Shown here in pieces: positions 12,521 through 23,374 of a DNA stretch of 59,556 bases. This DNA is from Saccostrea cucullata (lineage: Eukaryota), in the NCBI RefSeq assembly GCF_032062105.1, contig NW_026934361.1, forward strand, positions 1 through 59,556. Reading direction: 5' to 3'. The translations under genes and the position numbers were made by a program. The notes below the pieces were generated by a model, which was not told where the DNA came from, searched no databases, and saw only the letters and a list, made by a program, of their open reading frames with translations. Each line of letters starts with the position of its first letter. Position 1 is the first letter of the stretch.

Positions 12521-14569
12521 GTAAGATTATTTTCAATTGTTTGCTATTTTTGACCTTTCTGTATTACGGAAACATGACCGCCTCGTGAAGTTGATTTATA
12601 CATCAAACTGACAAAATAAAATGAGTATCATCTGCTTATCAGGCACGTTGCAGGGCGGGGGTGGAGGCTTCTCCATTATTTTCTCAAACATAATTTTCCT
12701 GCTGATGAAAATGTTCATTAGAGTTCATTGCCCCCCCCCCCAACCCAACACTTCTTGTTGCTATAGCCAAATAAGGGTAGTAGTATAAGGCGTCTAGATA
12801 GATGGTTCAACTGAGTGCACTTTTTATGCAAATGAGGTCAAAAATGGAGGATTCTGAATGGTTGGGGGGATAGGGGGGTCAACGGAGTGCAGCCCCCTGG
12901 GGGATAGGGGGGTCAAGGGAGTGCAGATTAGAGGTCTGGGAGGATAGGGGGGTTCAACTCAGTACAGGTCTTAGGGTGGGGGGGATAGGGGGTCAACTCA
13001 GTACAGTCCTTGGGGGGCTAGGTGGGTCAGTACATAGCTCTAAATACGGTGTTTACACTCTACTATACGTGGCTACTACGATTCACAAACGCTGCTACTA
13101 CGATTTTTTGGCAGCGACTCAAGAATGTGATTATGACGTCACGCATTCATTCACAGTCTAAAGCCTAGTCTAGACAGCCTAACCGGTTTGAACTGGATTT
13201 TCTGAAAACAATAACAACCTGGATTTTCTGAAAACAAGAACACAACAAGACAGATTAGAACAAGGCAATTTTTATACAGAATCAAAAATACATCAATTTA
13301 CTTTTTTTTTCGTCTTCTGTGCCTTTTTAGAGATCTGTAATCAATCACTCTGTTATACCCCAAATTTTACAATAAATATTCCCAGATAGCAGGATGTTAT
13401 TGGACCTTTGTTGGGCCAACAATGCTCCTTATGTTGGGCCACCGTTTGTATTCAACATTGGGCCATCGGTAATTTGCTCATCGGCCCTTAATCAAACCAA
13501 CTTGTTGGCTTATTGTTGGGCCAATGTAACAGTTAATATTGGGCCACTGTTGGGCCAATGTATTTTTCAAATATTGGGCAAACGTCATTTTTGTACAATT
13601 GGGTCATTGTAAGTAGTTAATGTTGGGCCAACGGTAATTTGCTCATCGGCCCTTAATCAAACCAACTTGTTGGCTTATTGTTGGGCCAATGTGACAGTTA
13701 ATATTGGGCCACTGTCGGGCCAATGTATTTTTTAAATGTTGGGCAAACGTCATTTTTGTACAATTGGGCCATTGTAAGCAATTAATGTTGGCCAACGGTA
13801 ATTTGCTCATCGGCCCTTAATCAGACCAACTTGTTGGCTTATTGCTGGACCAACGAACGGATATTATTGAGCCATTGTTGGGCCACTTATTCTTTCAATA
13901 TTAGGCAAACATCATTTTTGGGCCAACGTTGGTTTGTATCTTATTGGTTCTCCATCATGACAACTCATTTGCTCTTCACTGGTTGGCCATTTGTCCTCAA
14001 AATTTACAAACAAATACATATATTAAGGTTATACTAGTTTTGTAGTACAGTTTAATGGTAAAAGCCCTTTAATACTATCTATATATGCTAGATTAATAGT
14101 TTAATACATATTCTCAATATATATCTCATAGCATTAATTAAAAAACTGAGGAAAAAGAAATCAAAATGTAAAATTAAATTATAACATACTAGTATTTTAT
14201 TGCTCAGTGCATGAAGAAAACATTAATAAAGAAATAAAAGTTGATGCTCACTTCAAGCGTACATGACTGTATACTCCCTCTCTGATGTAAATTTATGCAC
14301 AAGTTCAGTAAATTGCAGGCATCAATAAGCAGGTCCAACAAATAAACAAAGCCCCCCTGTTCTTAAAATAATACATAAATGAATCCCGTCATTTTGTTTA
14401 CTTACACAAAAAAAATGTTTCTGGCATCTGCATTTGTAACCGACAAACAGACACAGAAAAGGGTAGAACTACAGGTTTGTCACAGTATATAACAGAAAAA
14501 TGCTAGGCACTGCCACTTTCCATCTGATTCCTCTCTTAAGTCTTCACTTCTCTCTCCCTCTCTTCTCTC

Positions 14570-14690
14570 CTCCTCCCCCTTCTTTTCTTCCCTGTCCGTT
14601 TCTTCCTCCCCCATCCCTGTCCTTGGCATACCTTAGCTATTCTTTGATTGTGTTCTGAATGTCTTTTTAGAATCTCCAGTAGCACTAAAA
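14570..14690 (-). pseudogene. Remnant of an EnSpm-associated accessory (DUF4806-like) protein C-terminus
   Basis: The minus strand reads IQNTIKE*LRYAKDRDGGGR, resembling the I..WLR.A.DR.GG tail I associate with these proteins. Recognised from memory. Confidence 0.5.
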
Positions 14691-14793
14691 TTATAGTATT
14701 TGGTACTTAATACATTTGTTACTTTTCTCAGTAAAGAGTAAACATACGATTAAATTTACAAGTATATCACTATATGTTTAAGCTGTCAATTAA

Positions 14794-15731
14794 CGACGTT
14801 CGATCCTGATATTTAAAGTCTTAAACTTTTTTTGCCAAGTATATTTTAAGTTTCTACTTACATAGCTTAATTAAAATTCAAATAAAAAAATGGGGGTCAA
14901 TATGCTTCTTTTGGCGCTACAATACATTTAATATGACCTTCTTGCACTGAAATTTGTGTCTTAATTAAAAATTACACCTTCGACGTTTTCCCTGCAATGA
15001 TTTTATCCAATTAAAGCAAGAAACAAAATGAACTGCAAGTCTATTTAAAAAAAGACACTTTAAAATTGTAACTAAGAAAAAGTTTCAAATTAATTCGCAT
15101 AATCAATTATTTGACCTTTCTGCACTAATAAAATGTGATTTTTATGGCATTGAAAATTTAATAAGCAAGAAAATTATTTTAAAGTCTTAAACTTTTTCTG
15201 AATTTAAGCAAATAGGTCAAAGTTATCTTGAATATTTAGAAAAGAACATCAAAAGTGGGGGTATATGATGTTAATTTTCAGATATAACTAAAAAAGTGTA
15301 AATTTTACGTTAAATTTGGCTCAATTTTCCCCCGCGTTTTCAGAATATATTTACTATATTTGTCACACTTTGTTGATAGTATTCATAAGAAATAATTTAA
15401 TAGATATTTCAGAACCAGCATGGCACATTTTACTGCAAAAAACAGCTTTGTGTGCAACAAGCATGGAAAAATAGGAATCCAAATTAAAGAGTACTGTTAT
15501 ACTTCAAAAGGGAAAAACTGATGATTTTCGTCTAAAAAAAAACCTTTTGCCACAAAATATAGTCCCTATTTTAATTCAACTTGAATGGAATTTAATCGCG
15601 GTTTTTTCATTGAATATAGTTCAGTTTGCATTGTAGAATTCAGATCTAATGTTAGAGTTTTAAAATGATGCAGAATTTTATAAATAAAGGACATGACCAA
15701 AATCCACTCAAAAACTCAGGATCGAACGTCC
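14794..15731. mobile_element. Kolobok-like non-autonomous element
   Basis: TTAA|cGACGTTCGATCCTGA ... TCAGGATCGAACGTCC|TTAA. Confidence 0.85.
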
Positions 15732-16145
15732 TTAAGGAATAACCGTCTTTTTTGTTTCATGGTGTGATTAAGTGATTAGCTTGCATGATGAAGGCATTTA
15801 TGCATAACATTTCTACGCTTGATCATCATCTTCATAACGATTTTGATTCAATGTTGCCCCATATAAATACATGTATAGAAAAGTCGTTACACTGAACAAA
15901 TTTTAATTGAAAGAACCCAATTTATGTTCAACATGTTCAAGTTCAACATTTTCAAAATGTTTGATCATGTGCTTGACGTTAAGTGTATATAAGTAAATTA
16001 AGTGGTAGACTTCGGAAATGTATTTTACTAGTCACACATTTCAATATAAATAAGGGGCAAATTATTTATTGTTTTAACTGTATCAAAACACATTTGTTAT
16101 TTTATACTTTAATTTATTTTTCTTGTATAAAAACAAAACATTTAA

Positions 16146-16460
16146 GGTCAGACGAGACGTTCCTCAAAATCTGTTTTGTATATCTTCGAAATGTTTGAAA
16201 AATATTCAAATTTTAATAACTATGATTTCTAAACCAGTTTCTAAACGTTTTTTAAAAAAATCCAAACACTTAAACATTTGAAATTGGAAAATTATTTTTC
16301 TTCCCCAAAGGATTATATAAGAAAAACTACCCCAGGTATCTTGCAGAAATGCCTGGTAAGGTACCTCAATTTTTTGTGAGTAAACATGTTTAAGTAGCAA
16401 TACTTCAATGACAAACTCTTAGAAAAATTTATCTATTATTAAGGAACGTCTCATCTGTCC
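16146..16460. mobile_element. Kolobok-like MITE
   Basis: TTAA|GGTCAGACGAGACGTTCCT ... AGGAACGTCTCATCTGTCC|TTAA. Confidence 0.85.
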
Positions 16461-17769
16461 TTAATCACTGATAATTTATTTTGTTTTGATAAATTATAAG
16501 AATTTTAACAAGCCTTGTAAATTCATTTTAGCTAGCTTATACCTTCAAGTAGGATTGGTTGTAGATTTTTTTTTATTGTAGAGACGATCAGATTTGTTAA
16601 TACATGTATACAGATTTGTAACAATTGAATGTTTATACACATTAGCCCAATGTTGGTCCAAAATATCAGGCCAACATTGGGCCAAGTAGCAAAATGACAC
16701 TGGACCAACGTCATTTGCCAACATCGGCCCAATGTTCCTATTGACGATGGTCCAACAATGTCGCATTCATTGGACCAATGTTGACGCAACGTTGGGCCAA
16801 TATCTGTAGAAATAACACTCTACACTGGGCCAATTGGCCCAACATATCGGGCCAACATTGGGCCGATGAGCAAACTTAAATTGGGTCAATGTCATTTGTC
16901 AAAATTGGCCCGATGTAACCGATTACATTGGTCCAACGTTGGCCCAATGTTAGCATGCCATCTGGGGTACAGTGTTGACCCAACAGCACATGGCCTCTGC
17001 ACTTCCCTGTGTCTGCTTTGCGCAGATTTGTACATGATATCGTTCAAAAACTAAACGTTAATTCAGCTGTGCCGAGGCAAACATATTATAAATACTTACA
17101 AAGTGGATGCAGATATGCAAGGTATCAGTCTCATTACGCTCGCTCGTCTCAGATTAAAAATGGCGCGGATATTACAAGTAGCCCGGTTGTTGTCTACCCG
17201 TGATGCTCAGTCAGATTCATGGTATATTGGGCCAACGTTGGGCCGATGCCAATCCCCAAACAAATATTTTCTCTCATGATAATAATATTATGTTATAATA
17301 CGAACAGTTAGCCCAACATTAGCGCACCATTATACATAACCAGCGATCGATATTCCATGTTGGGCCATTGCTGGCCCAATATAGGTAACCCAACATAGAT
17401 AATACAACCATAATGTAAGATTGGGCCAACGATGTTCTGCTATCTGGTTTATTACAAATAAATATAAGCATAAACACAATTCAAAAAATAGAATAAAACA
17501 CTCTTTGGTGCTGTGATCACTTAAGTGCAAAGTTGAAATGTTGAAAATATCATATCTAAACAAGAGCAGTCATCCAATGGTAAGCATGGACATAGAAAGT
17601 CCTCTTAATTATTTCAGAATGTGCCAACGTTGTCCCAACGTAATGCTCAGCAGCTAATTATAAAATTGACACCATCAATTAATTGGCAGTATAATAATTG
17701 GGCCTACGTTGGCCCTATATAAATATCCCATCTTTTAAACACCTAAACAAAATAACACTTGTGTGTATT

Positions 17770-18230
17770 TCAAACATTGTGCCAATGTTGAGCCAACATA
17801 CTACTACCAACTTGATAGGACACGTTCTTTAAGGGTGTATTAGAAACAATGGGCCAACGTTGGACTAACATAATACTATCAACTTGATAAGACATTTTCT
17901 TTAAGGGTTTATTAGAAACATCGGGCCAACGTTGGGCCAACATACTACTTGAACTTGATAAGGAACTTTCTTAAAGGGTGTATTACAAACAATGGGCCAA
18001 CGTTGGGCAAACATAATACTACCAACTTTATAAGACATTTTCTTTAAGGGTGTATTACTAACAGTGGGCCAACGTTGGGCCAACTTATTACTACCAACTT
18101 GATAAGACACATTCTTTAAGGGTGTATAACAAACATCAGGCCAACGTTGGGCCAACATACTACTACCAACTTGTAAATACACTTTTCTTTAAGGGTGTAT
18201 TATAAACATTGGTCCAACGTTGGACCAACA
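17770..18230 (+). repeat. Tandem repeat (about 65-70 bp unit, about 6 copies) in the EnSpm-like subterminal region
   Basis: Unit resembles caacatactactaccaacttgataagacattttctttaagggtgtattagaaacaatgggccaacgttgggc. Confidence 0.85.
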
Positions 18231-18393
18231 CCAGGATCCTTCCTTCCTTGGGAACTAAAGTGAATGGAAGTTGCTTACGTTGGATCAACGCTGGGCCAAC
18301 CTAGGAATTCTGTCATGGTCAAGAAGGTTGACTTGTTAACATTGGTCCAACGTTGGCCCATCGTTGTTCCCCCAACGCCAACCATACAACCTT

Positions 18394-18915
18394 TTACAAA
18401 TGTTGGCCCAACATAGTCATGCTATCTGGGTTGAAGACTTTACTAAAGTGTATACGACCAATCAGGTAGTAGGCGTAACTTGGGTGGAATAACCTTCTCT
18501 TTTTCATGTCCTTGAGCAAATCTTGAAGACAGTCTTCTGAATTTCTGTACCAGTGGCTTACATCCAGAATACCAGGAACACCCTCGATTGACCACTTGTA
18601 TTCAGGATCACCAGGAACACCCCATATTGGGTACTTGGATTCAGGACCACCAATTATTCCCTGAATATAGCTGGAGACTAGGTTTCTTCTCTTAGGACAA
18701 TCTGCAGCATGAATTTTTTGTCTTGTTTCCAACCATACTATTTTGGTAATTTCTCTTTGATTAGGCGATTCTGTGGAATGAATTTTAAAATTCATGAAAT
18801 CCTGTATGGCTTCTTCTGTGGTTTTCATCCAAGGTCCCTTCTTGTCAATACCTCCGAATATCTCAATATACCAACGATGCTCCGTTTTCTCTGTCATATT
18901 TTTTGCGTGCTCCAT
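18394..18915 (-). CDS. TIR-encoded unknown protein, left copy; 3' end displaced by the EnSpm-like insertion
   Basis: Near-identical to 36813..37349. The native tail NIYCKIWGITE* lies at about 13345-13380. Confidence 0.75.
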   Translation of the reverse strand: MEHAKNMTEKTEHRWYIEIFGGIDKKGPWMKTTEEAIQDFMNFKIHSTESPNQREITKIVWLETRQKIHAADCPKRRNLVSSYIQGIIGGPESKYPIWGVPGDPEYKWSIEGVPGILDVSHWYRNSEDCLQDLLKDMKKRRLFHPSYAYYLIGRIHFSKVFNPDSMTMLGQHL

Positions 18916-19522
18916 TTTTACCTGTGTCCAGTTCCAAGTGCTCACCAAAAGTGATCTTTAATGTCCAGCTCTGGTTTATATACCTTTACTGTAAGGGGCC
19001 GTGTGCATCAATACTTTTTACCTGCGTTTTTATACCTGTTGCATCATCTGTAAAGGACCGTGTGCAAAAAATATGATAGACCTACGTTTTTTTTTTATGC
19101 TGACTATACAGGTAATACTAGGGGACCGTGTGCAAAAAATATCCGGAGGAGAATTCGACAGTTAGAAGCTTTTGTTAGTTTTTAAGAAATAAAAGAAAAA
19201 TCATTTAATATCACAGTTATGTTATGTTATTTTATGACGTCATCTTTTATACACTCGGGTTCGGGTTCCCTGGATTTGTCACTCTTAATGTAGTCGATAA
19301 ATTTACGGGCGAATGTTGATGATTTAATGTGTTCAATACTTGGATAAAACATTGTGTATGATTGAAATTAATGATTAAAAGTTGTTTAATATATATAGTA
19401 TTCCATGATTTAACTGTTATCTTATTTTATATTGTATTGCATACAGAGAATGGAAAGATGTTGAATATCCATAAGTTTATCCTTATTTACATGATTTCTT
19501 GTATTACACGTTAGGTAGCGCT

Positions 19523-19712
19523 TTTTCCAAAAGCGATTTATTTGTTTTAACCTATCACATGTCACGATTTTTGATCACATGATTGATTATTGAAGTTGCC
19601 GCCATATTGAACTGTCGTTTGCTTTTTGCAAAAGCGATTTTTTTGTGTTATCCTATCACATGTCAGGATTTTAATCACATGATGGATTATCGATGTTTGC
19701 CGCGATATTTGG
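19523..19712 (+). repeat. Two imperfect ~100-bp direct repeats upstream of the RING gene promoter
   Basis: aaaagcgattt...cctatcacatgtca.gatttt.atcacatgat.gattat.ga occurs twice. Confidence 0.8.
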
Positions 19713-19814
19713 CTATCATCTGGTATTGTGTATAAATACATACCCTCCTGAGAGCTCACTGTCATTCTGCATTTTATTCTGATTGACTTTAGAAGAAAGA
19801 AGAAGAAGAAGAAG

Positions 19815-20352
19815 ATGGAAAACTTATTTCAGGAAGAATTATACATGATCCCCGGAATTGCTATTGAGCACCATGTTGTCGTCAGGACGATTGACACAGG
19901 AGAGGAGATCAGTAGATTCAACATGGTGAGGATTCAGATGAATACCGAGCCACAGAACAGGACTAGGAGGGCACACCCTTACAGAAGTAGGCGAACACCC
20001 CGATCGCCGCCCCCACCACCGCCCAGACCTGCTGGCCCCCAAACCAGAGCCAGGAACGAGGGACGGATTCCCCGCTGGGGGTTCCGGCTGCCCACCCAAC
20101 CGATTATGTGCAGCCTGTGTCTGGCAGAGGGGGAACCCAGTAACTATTGCTGCAGTCGATGTTTACAACGACCCTCCTGTCTGCTCTGCACGGCCAGAGT
20201 GGTAGAGCAAAACCTTCCGTGCCCCCTCTGCCGGAACCATGACCGTCTGTTGGTGCCCTTGTCCCGGAGACCGGAATTTGGCCCCCCCTGATTCCAGTGA
20301 TTCGGATGATGAGAACATAGGCCAGATGGTTCAAGAACTGTTAGCCGCCTAG
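19815..20352 (+). CDS. Pro/Arg-rich protein with a C-terminal RING-like zinc finger (putative E3 ligase); probable +1 frameshift in a C7 run near 20282-20288
   Basis: Motif CSLC...CCSRC...SCLLC...CPLCR. TATAAATA at 19731 and TCATT at 19762. Removing one C extends the ORF by DSSDSDDENIGQMVQELLAA* to 20352. Confidence 0.7.
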
Positions 20353-20479
20353 GAACCTACCGGGGACTCCCCCTTGACAACAAAATTTGCAAAAAAAAAA
20401 ACAAAAAAAATTTAAAAACCACAAAAATAACAAAAAACGGCCGTTTTCACGGCCACCCAATTGTTTCGAAAAGATGCTT

Positions 20480-20750
20480 ACTTTACAAGAGGTAACTAAG
20501 AAACGTTCTGTGTGTCTCAGAAAAATCTTTTTTTTTTCAAAATACAGTCAAAGAAACGATTGTATCTTAGAAAGAAAAGATGATCTTTTTTTTTTATACA
20601 GTCAAAGAAACGAAACGATTTGTGTGTCTTAGAAAAAAAAAGATTACCTTCTTATACAGTTGATAAAAAGATACTTTGTGTGTCTTAGAAAAGAGTACCT
20701 TATACAGTGGGGTAAACAAGAAACGAATGTATGTGTGTGTGTGTGTCTCT
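20480..20750 (+). repeat. Degenerate tandem repeats (atacagtcaaagaaacga...tgtgtcttagaaaa), about 5 copies
   Basis: Directly visible. Confidence 0.75.
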
Positions 20751-21905
20751 CAAGTTATAACACCAGGTCACTTTTATAAGAACTTATAAATTTTTATAAC
20801 TTTTTAAAAAATTTTTAATAACTTATAATTTTTTTTTTTTAAATTAACTTTAACTTTTTTTCTTTTAACTTTTTTAAAATAACTTTAAATTTTTTTTCTT
20901 ATTAATTTTTTTTTGGTAAACTCCCCTTATAATTTAAAAAAAAAAATTAATTTTGCTAAACTCATAAACACTTTACACTGAATGTGTTCAAGTACGACTT
21001 AATTTTCTATGTAAATTAGGCGGTCATGATGAATCTCGGCAAGATTTTACCCCAGTGAAAAAGGCTTGTAATCCACCGTGCAGGTCGTTTAAAGTTTTTT
21101 CACATTGTTTATGACTGTGATTTTTTTAATCCTTCACCTATATGTTTAATGTCAGCTATGCTAAATAACCCAGTTCTCAATAATTTGAGAGAATGTTTTG
21201 TCATGTGCTTAAAGTATGGCCTGCTATTCATGTCATCATTTAAAGTCGATCCTAAATAAATCTGTCTTAAAAATACATTTTACGAATGACATTTAATATG
21301 ATTGATTAGAGTATAAATAAGGTATCCATATATAAGAGATATTAGTTTGCATTACATTTGTAAGAGGCATTGTTTCATATAGTAAAGTCATAATAACAAA
21401 ATGAGTTTTATTTTCTATACAGTCCTCAACCTGGGAGATATGTTTTGTTCCTAACCATCTATAATCCATTCTCTATGAAGTGAAGCGTGCTGGCTGCTGG
21501 TCTTCCTTTGGAAATACACAGTGAATCAACTTAACATAAAAACAAAACAAACTTGAATCTAAAAGTTTCAATGAGATATAATATTTAATTCTGTTTTATT
21601 TACATGTTTATATTTTAAAATGGATAAAAAATGGATAAAAAGAAAACTGATAATGGAAATCAATACCATAAAGATAGTAAGTTTTTATCTCTAAGTGCTG
21701 ATGAATTTCTGAATTTTCCATTAAATACTGACATTATATCACAGGGAAAGAAAACTACTTGAGTGTTTCTACTGCCCCCGAGATCTGCTTATGAGTGCAT
21801 GGGGACTGCGGTGGACCTTCTCTCCTGTTTAAACAGACTTTAGAGTATGACAGATAAAAGGTACTTTTTTTTTCATTTTATTTTACATCACATGAAAACA
21901 CACAA

Positions 21906-22406
21906 TTAATGATGACGAAGAATGTACACATGTTTTTCATAAGTGTGTGCAAATTGTTCAATATAATGTCTATAATGAGTCCAATTTCCTTTGGCTAACC
22001 CACATGCAATCTTGTAAGGAAAAGCATAAGTCTGGTAAGGTAAACGTCCCATTTTTTGTAAACAGGGTTGAAACCATTGCTCTCTATTTTGTGGGGTGTC
22101 TTGATAAGTGGAGATTCTTTTAGGTCTGTGACTTGCTCTGCCATAATCCCATTGAGCTAGTAAACAAATGACCACAGGTGTTTGTGAGGTAAACACCTTA
22201 ATGGTTCCTGGTATTCCTCTATCTTCTTCTACGGCTAAATTTCTAGTCCCTAGAGGTCTGCGAGTCGCATACACATTGGCTTGAGGGAATTTCTCTGCAA
22301 TACTTTGACTCAATCCATGAGCTTTTACAGTTAAACAATTACATTGATGGACAACGGCTTCTACCTCACAGTTAAGTAAATCACCTTGTATCTCCTGAAG
22401 ACTCAT
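21906..22406 (-). CDS. Macrodomain protein (Poa1p/TARG1/DarG-like ADP-ribose-processing fold)
   Basis: Motifs EIQGDLL, VVHQCNC....AHGLSQSIAEKFP, GTI, VICLLAQ, AFPYKIACGLAKGNW. TATA at 22448 and Inr at 22415 support the ATG at 22406. Confidence 0.88.
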   Translation of the reverse strand: MSLQEIQGDLLNCEVEAVVHQCNCLTVKAHGLSQSIAEKFPQANVYATRRPLGTRNLAVEEDRGIPGTIKVFTSQTPVVICLLAQWDYGRASHRPKRISTYQDTPQNREQWFQPCLQKMGRLPYQTYAFPYKIACGLAKGNWTHYRHYIEQFAHTYEKHVYILRHH

Positions 22407-22477
22407 GATGTAAATGAGTCTATTTTTAAAATGACCCTTGTTTTTATAGAACAACAATTTTTTTTTTAATATTTTGT

Positions 22478-23137
22478 TTAGGTAAATCTACAATCTCTTG
22501 GAACTAATTCTTTGTTTCTCACCTCAGATTTAAGAACCCCATATTCTTCATAGTCACCTTGTCTGTAAAATGTTCTTTCCAATTCTGGTGTGCTGTGAGA
22601 CATATCAAAACAGGTTAACCCATGAATCTTTTTGTACATGTATCTCTGATGACCGCTGTATTTCATTTGAATGAATCCTCTCACATGATGAAGTTTTCCA
22701 GTTTCTGGATGCATTTCTTTTTGTAAGATCAAGTATTGATAATCACTTCTAATGATTTGATCTACATCTTCCTGTCTGCACCCAGTTAAATTAAATATCC
22801 AGTTTTTGGCTACTCTAAATCTGTCTATTTTAAACTTAGCAATATAACGATTGCCTGTATTTTCTTTATGTTTGTTATGATAATGAGTCTTAATATCTTC
22901 CAAGAGTTGAGTTTGGACTTCTTTCATTATTTGTGGACTCTTCTCCTCTATGGGTTTAAACTCCATTGTCTTTGTCAATCTTTTTTCTTTTTCCTCCTCC
23001 TGAGGTTTATATTCTACAGGATGCTCTTCCATCAAGGGAGGTGGTATGATATCTTTTCCTCCCTCCTGTTTAAGTAACCATTCAGTTTCCTCTAATCTAG
23101 TGTTCTGACTCATTTCTTTGCTGAAGCTGTTACCCAT
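22478..23137 (-). CDS. Protein with an MGNSFS N-terminus and a C-terminal CRESS-DNA-virus Rep-like HUH endonuclease domain (degenerate; no helicase), 219 aa
   Basis: AKNWIFNL (motif I), YLILQKEMHPETGKLHHVRGFIQM (motif II region) and ERTFYRQGDYEEYG (motif III region) follow circovirus/nanovirus Rep spacing. TATAAATA at 23189 and TCAGT at 23157 define the ATG at 23137. Confidence 0.75.
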   Translation of the reverse strand: MGNSFSKEMSQNTRLEETEWLLKQEGGKDIIPPPLMEEHPVEYKPQEEEKEKRLTKTMEFKPIEEKSPQIMKEVQTQLLEDIKTHYHNKHKENTGNRYIAKFKIDRFRVAKNWIFNLTGCRQEDVDQIIRSDYQYLILQKEMHPETGKLHHVRGFIQMKYSGHQRYMYKKIHGLTCFDMSHSTPELERTFYRQGDYEEYGVLKSEVRNKELVPRDCRFT

Positions 23138-23374
23138 AAGAAAGCCAGTCCACAACTGAGGTGTGTTTGTACCATGTTTACTATTTATACCTTTTTTCAT
23201 TGTATCTATTTTTTCCCCCAATCTTTAAATCAAACCCTTACCATTTTGTTTTGTGTATTGAAAAATAATCTATGGTTAAAGGGAGATAACCTACTTTTAA
23301 AAATGACAAAAACCACAATTTTTTTCCCCTTTTATTTGTAACAACAAACAACAACAACAAACAACAACAATGCA

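Larger units (their letters stand above)
13381..18430. mobile_element. EnSpm/CACTA (CMC)-like non-autonomous element with CCC termini
   Basis: TIRs CCCAGATAGCA...TGCTATCTGGG; 2-bp TSD TT; the empty site can be reconstructed from the right TIR; dense GTTGGGCCAAC subterminal repeats; a second internal right end near 16956-16966. Confidence 0.85.
12779..19140 (+). repeat. Polinton left TIR (12779-13380 plus 18433-~19140), interrupted by an EnSpm-like insertion
   Basis: Reverse complement of about 36620-37901 once 13381-18432 is removed. Confidence 0.92.

Noticed and set aside
23138-23221. Upstream extension of the Rep-like ORF
   Set aside because: Non-ATG start, and the region contains the gene's own TATA box and initiator.
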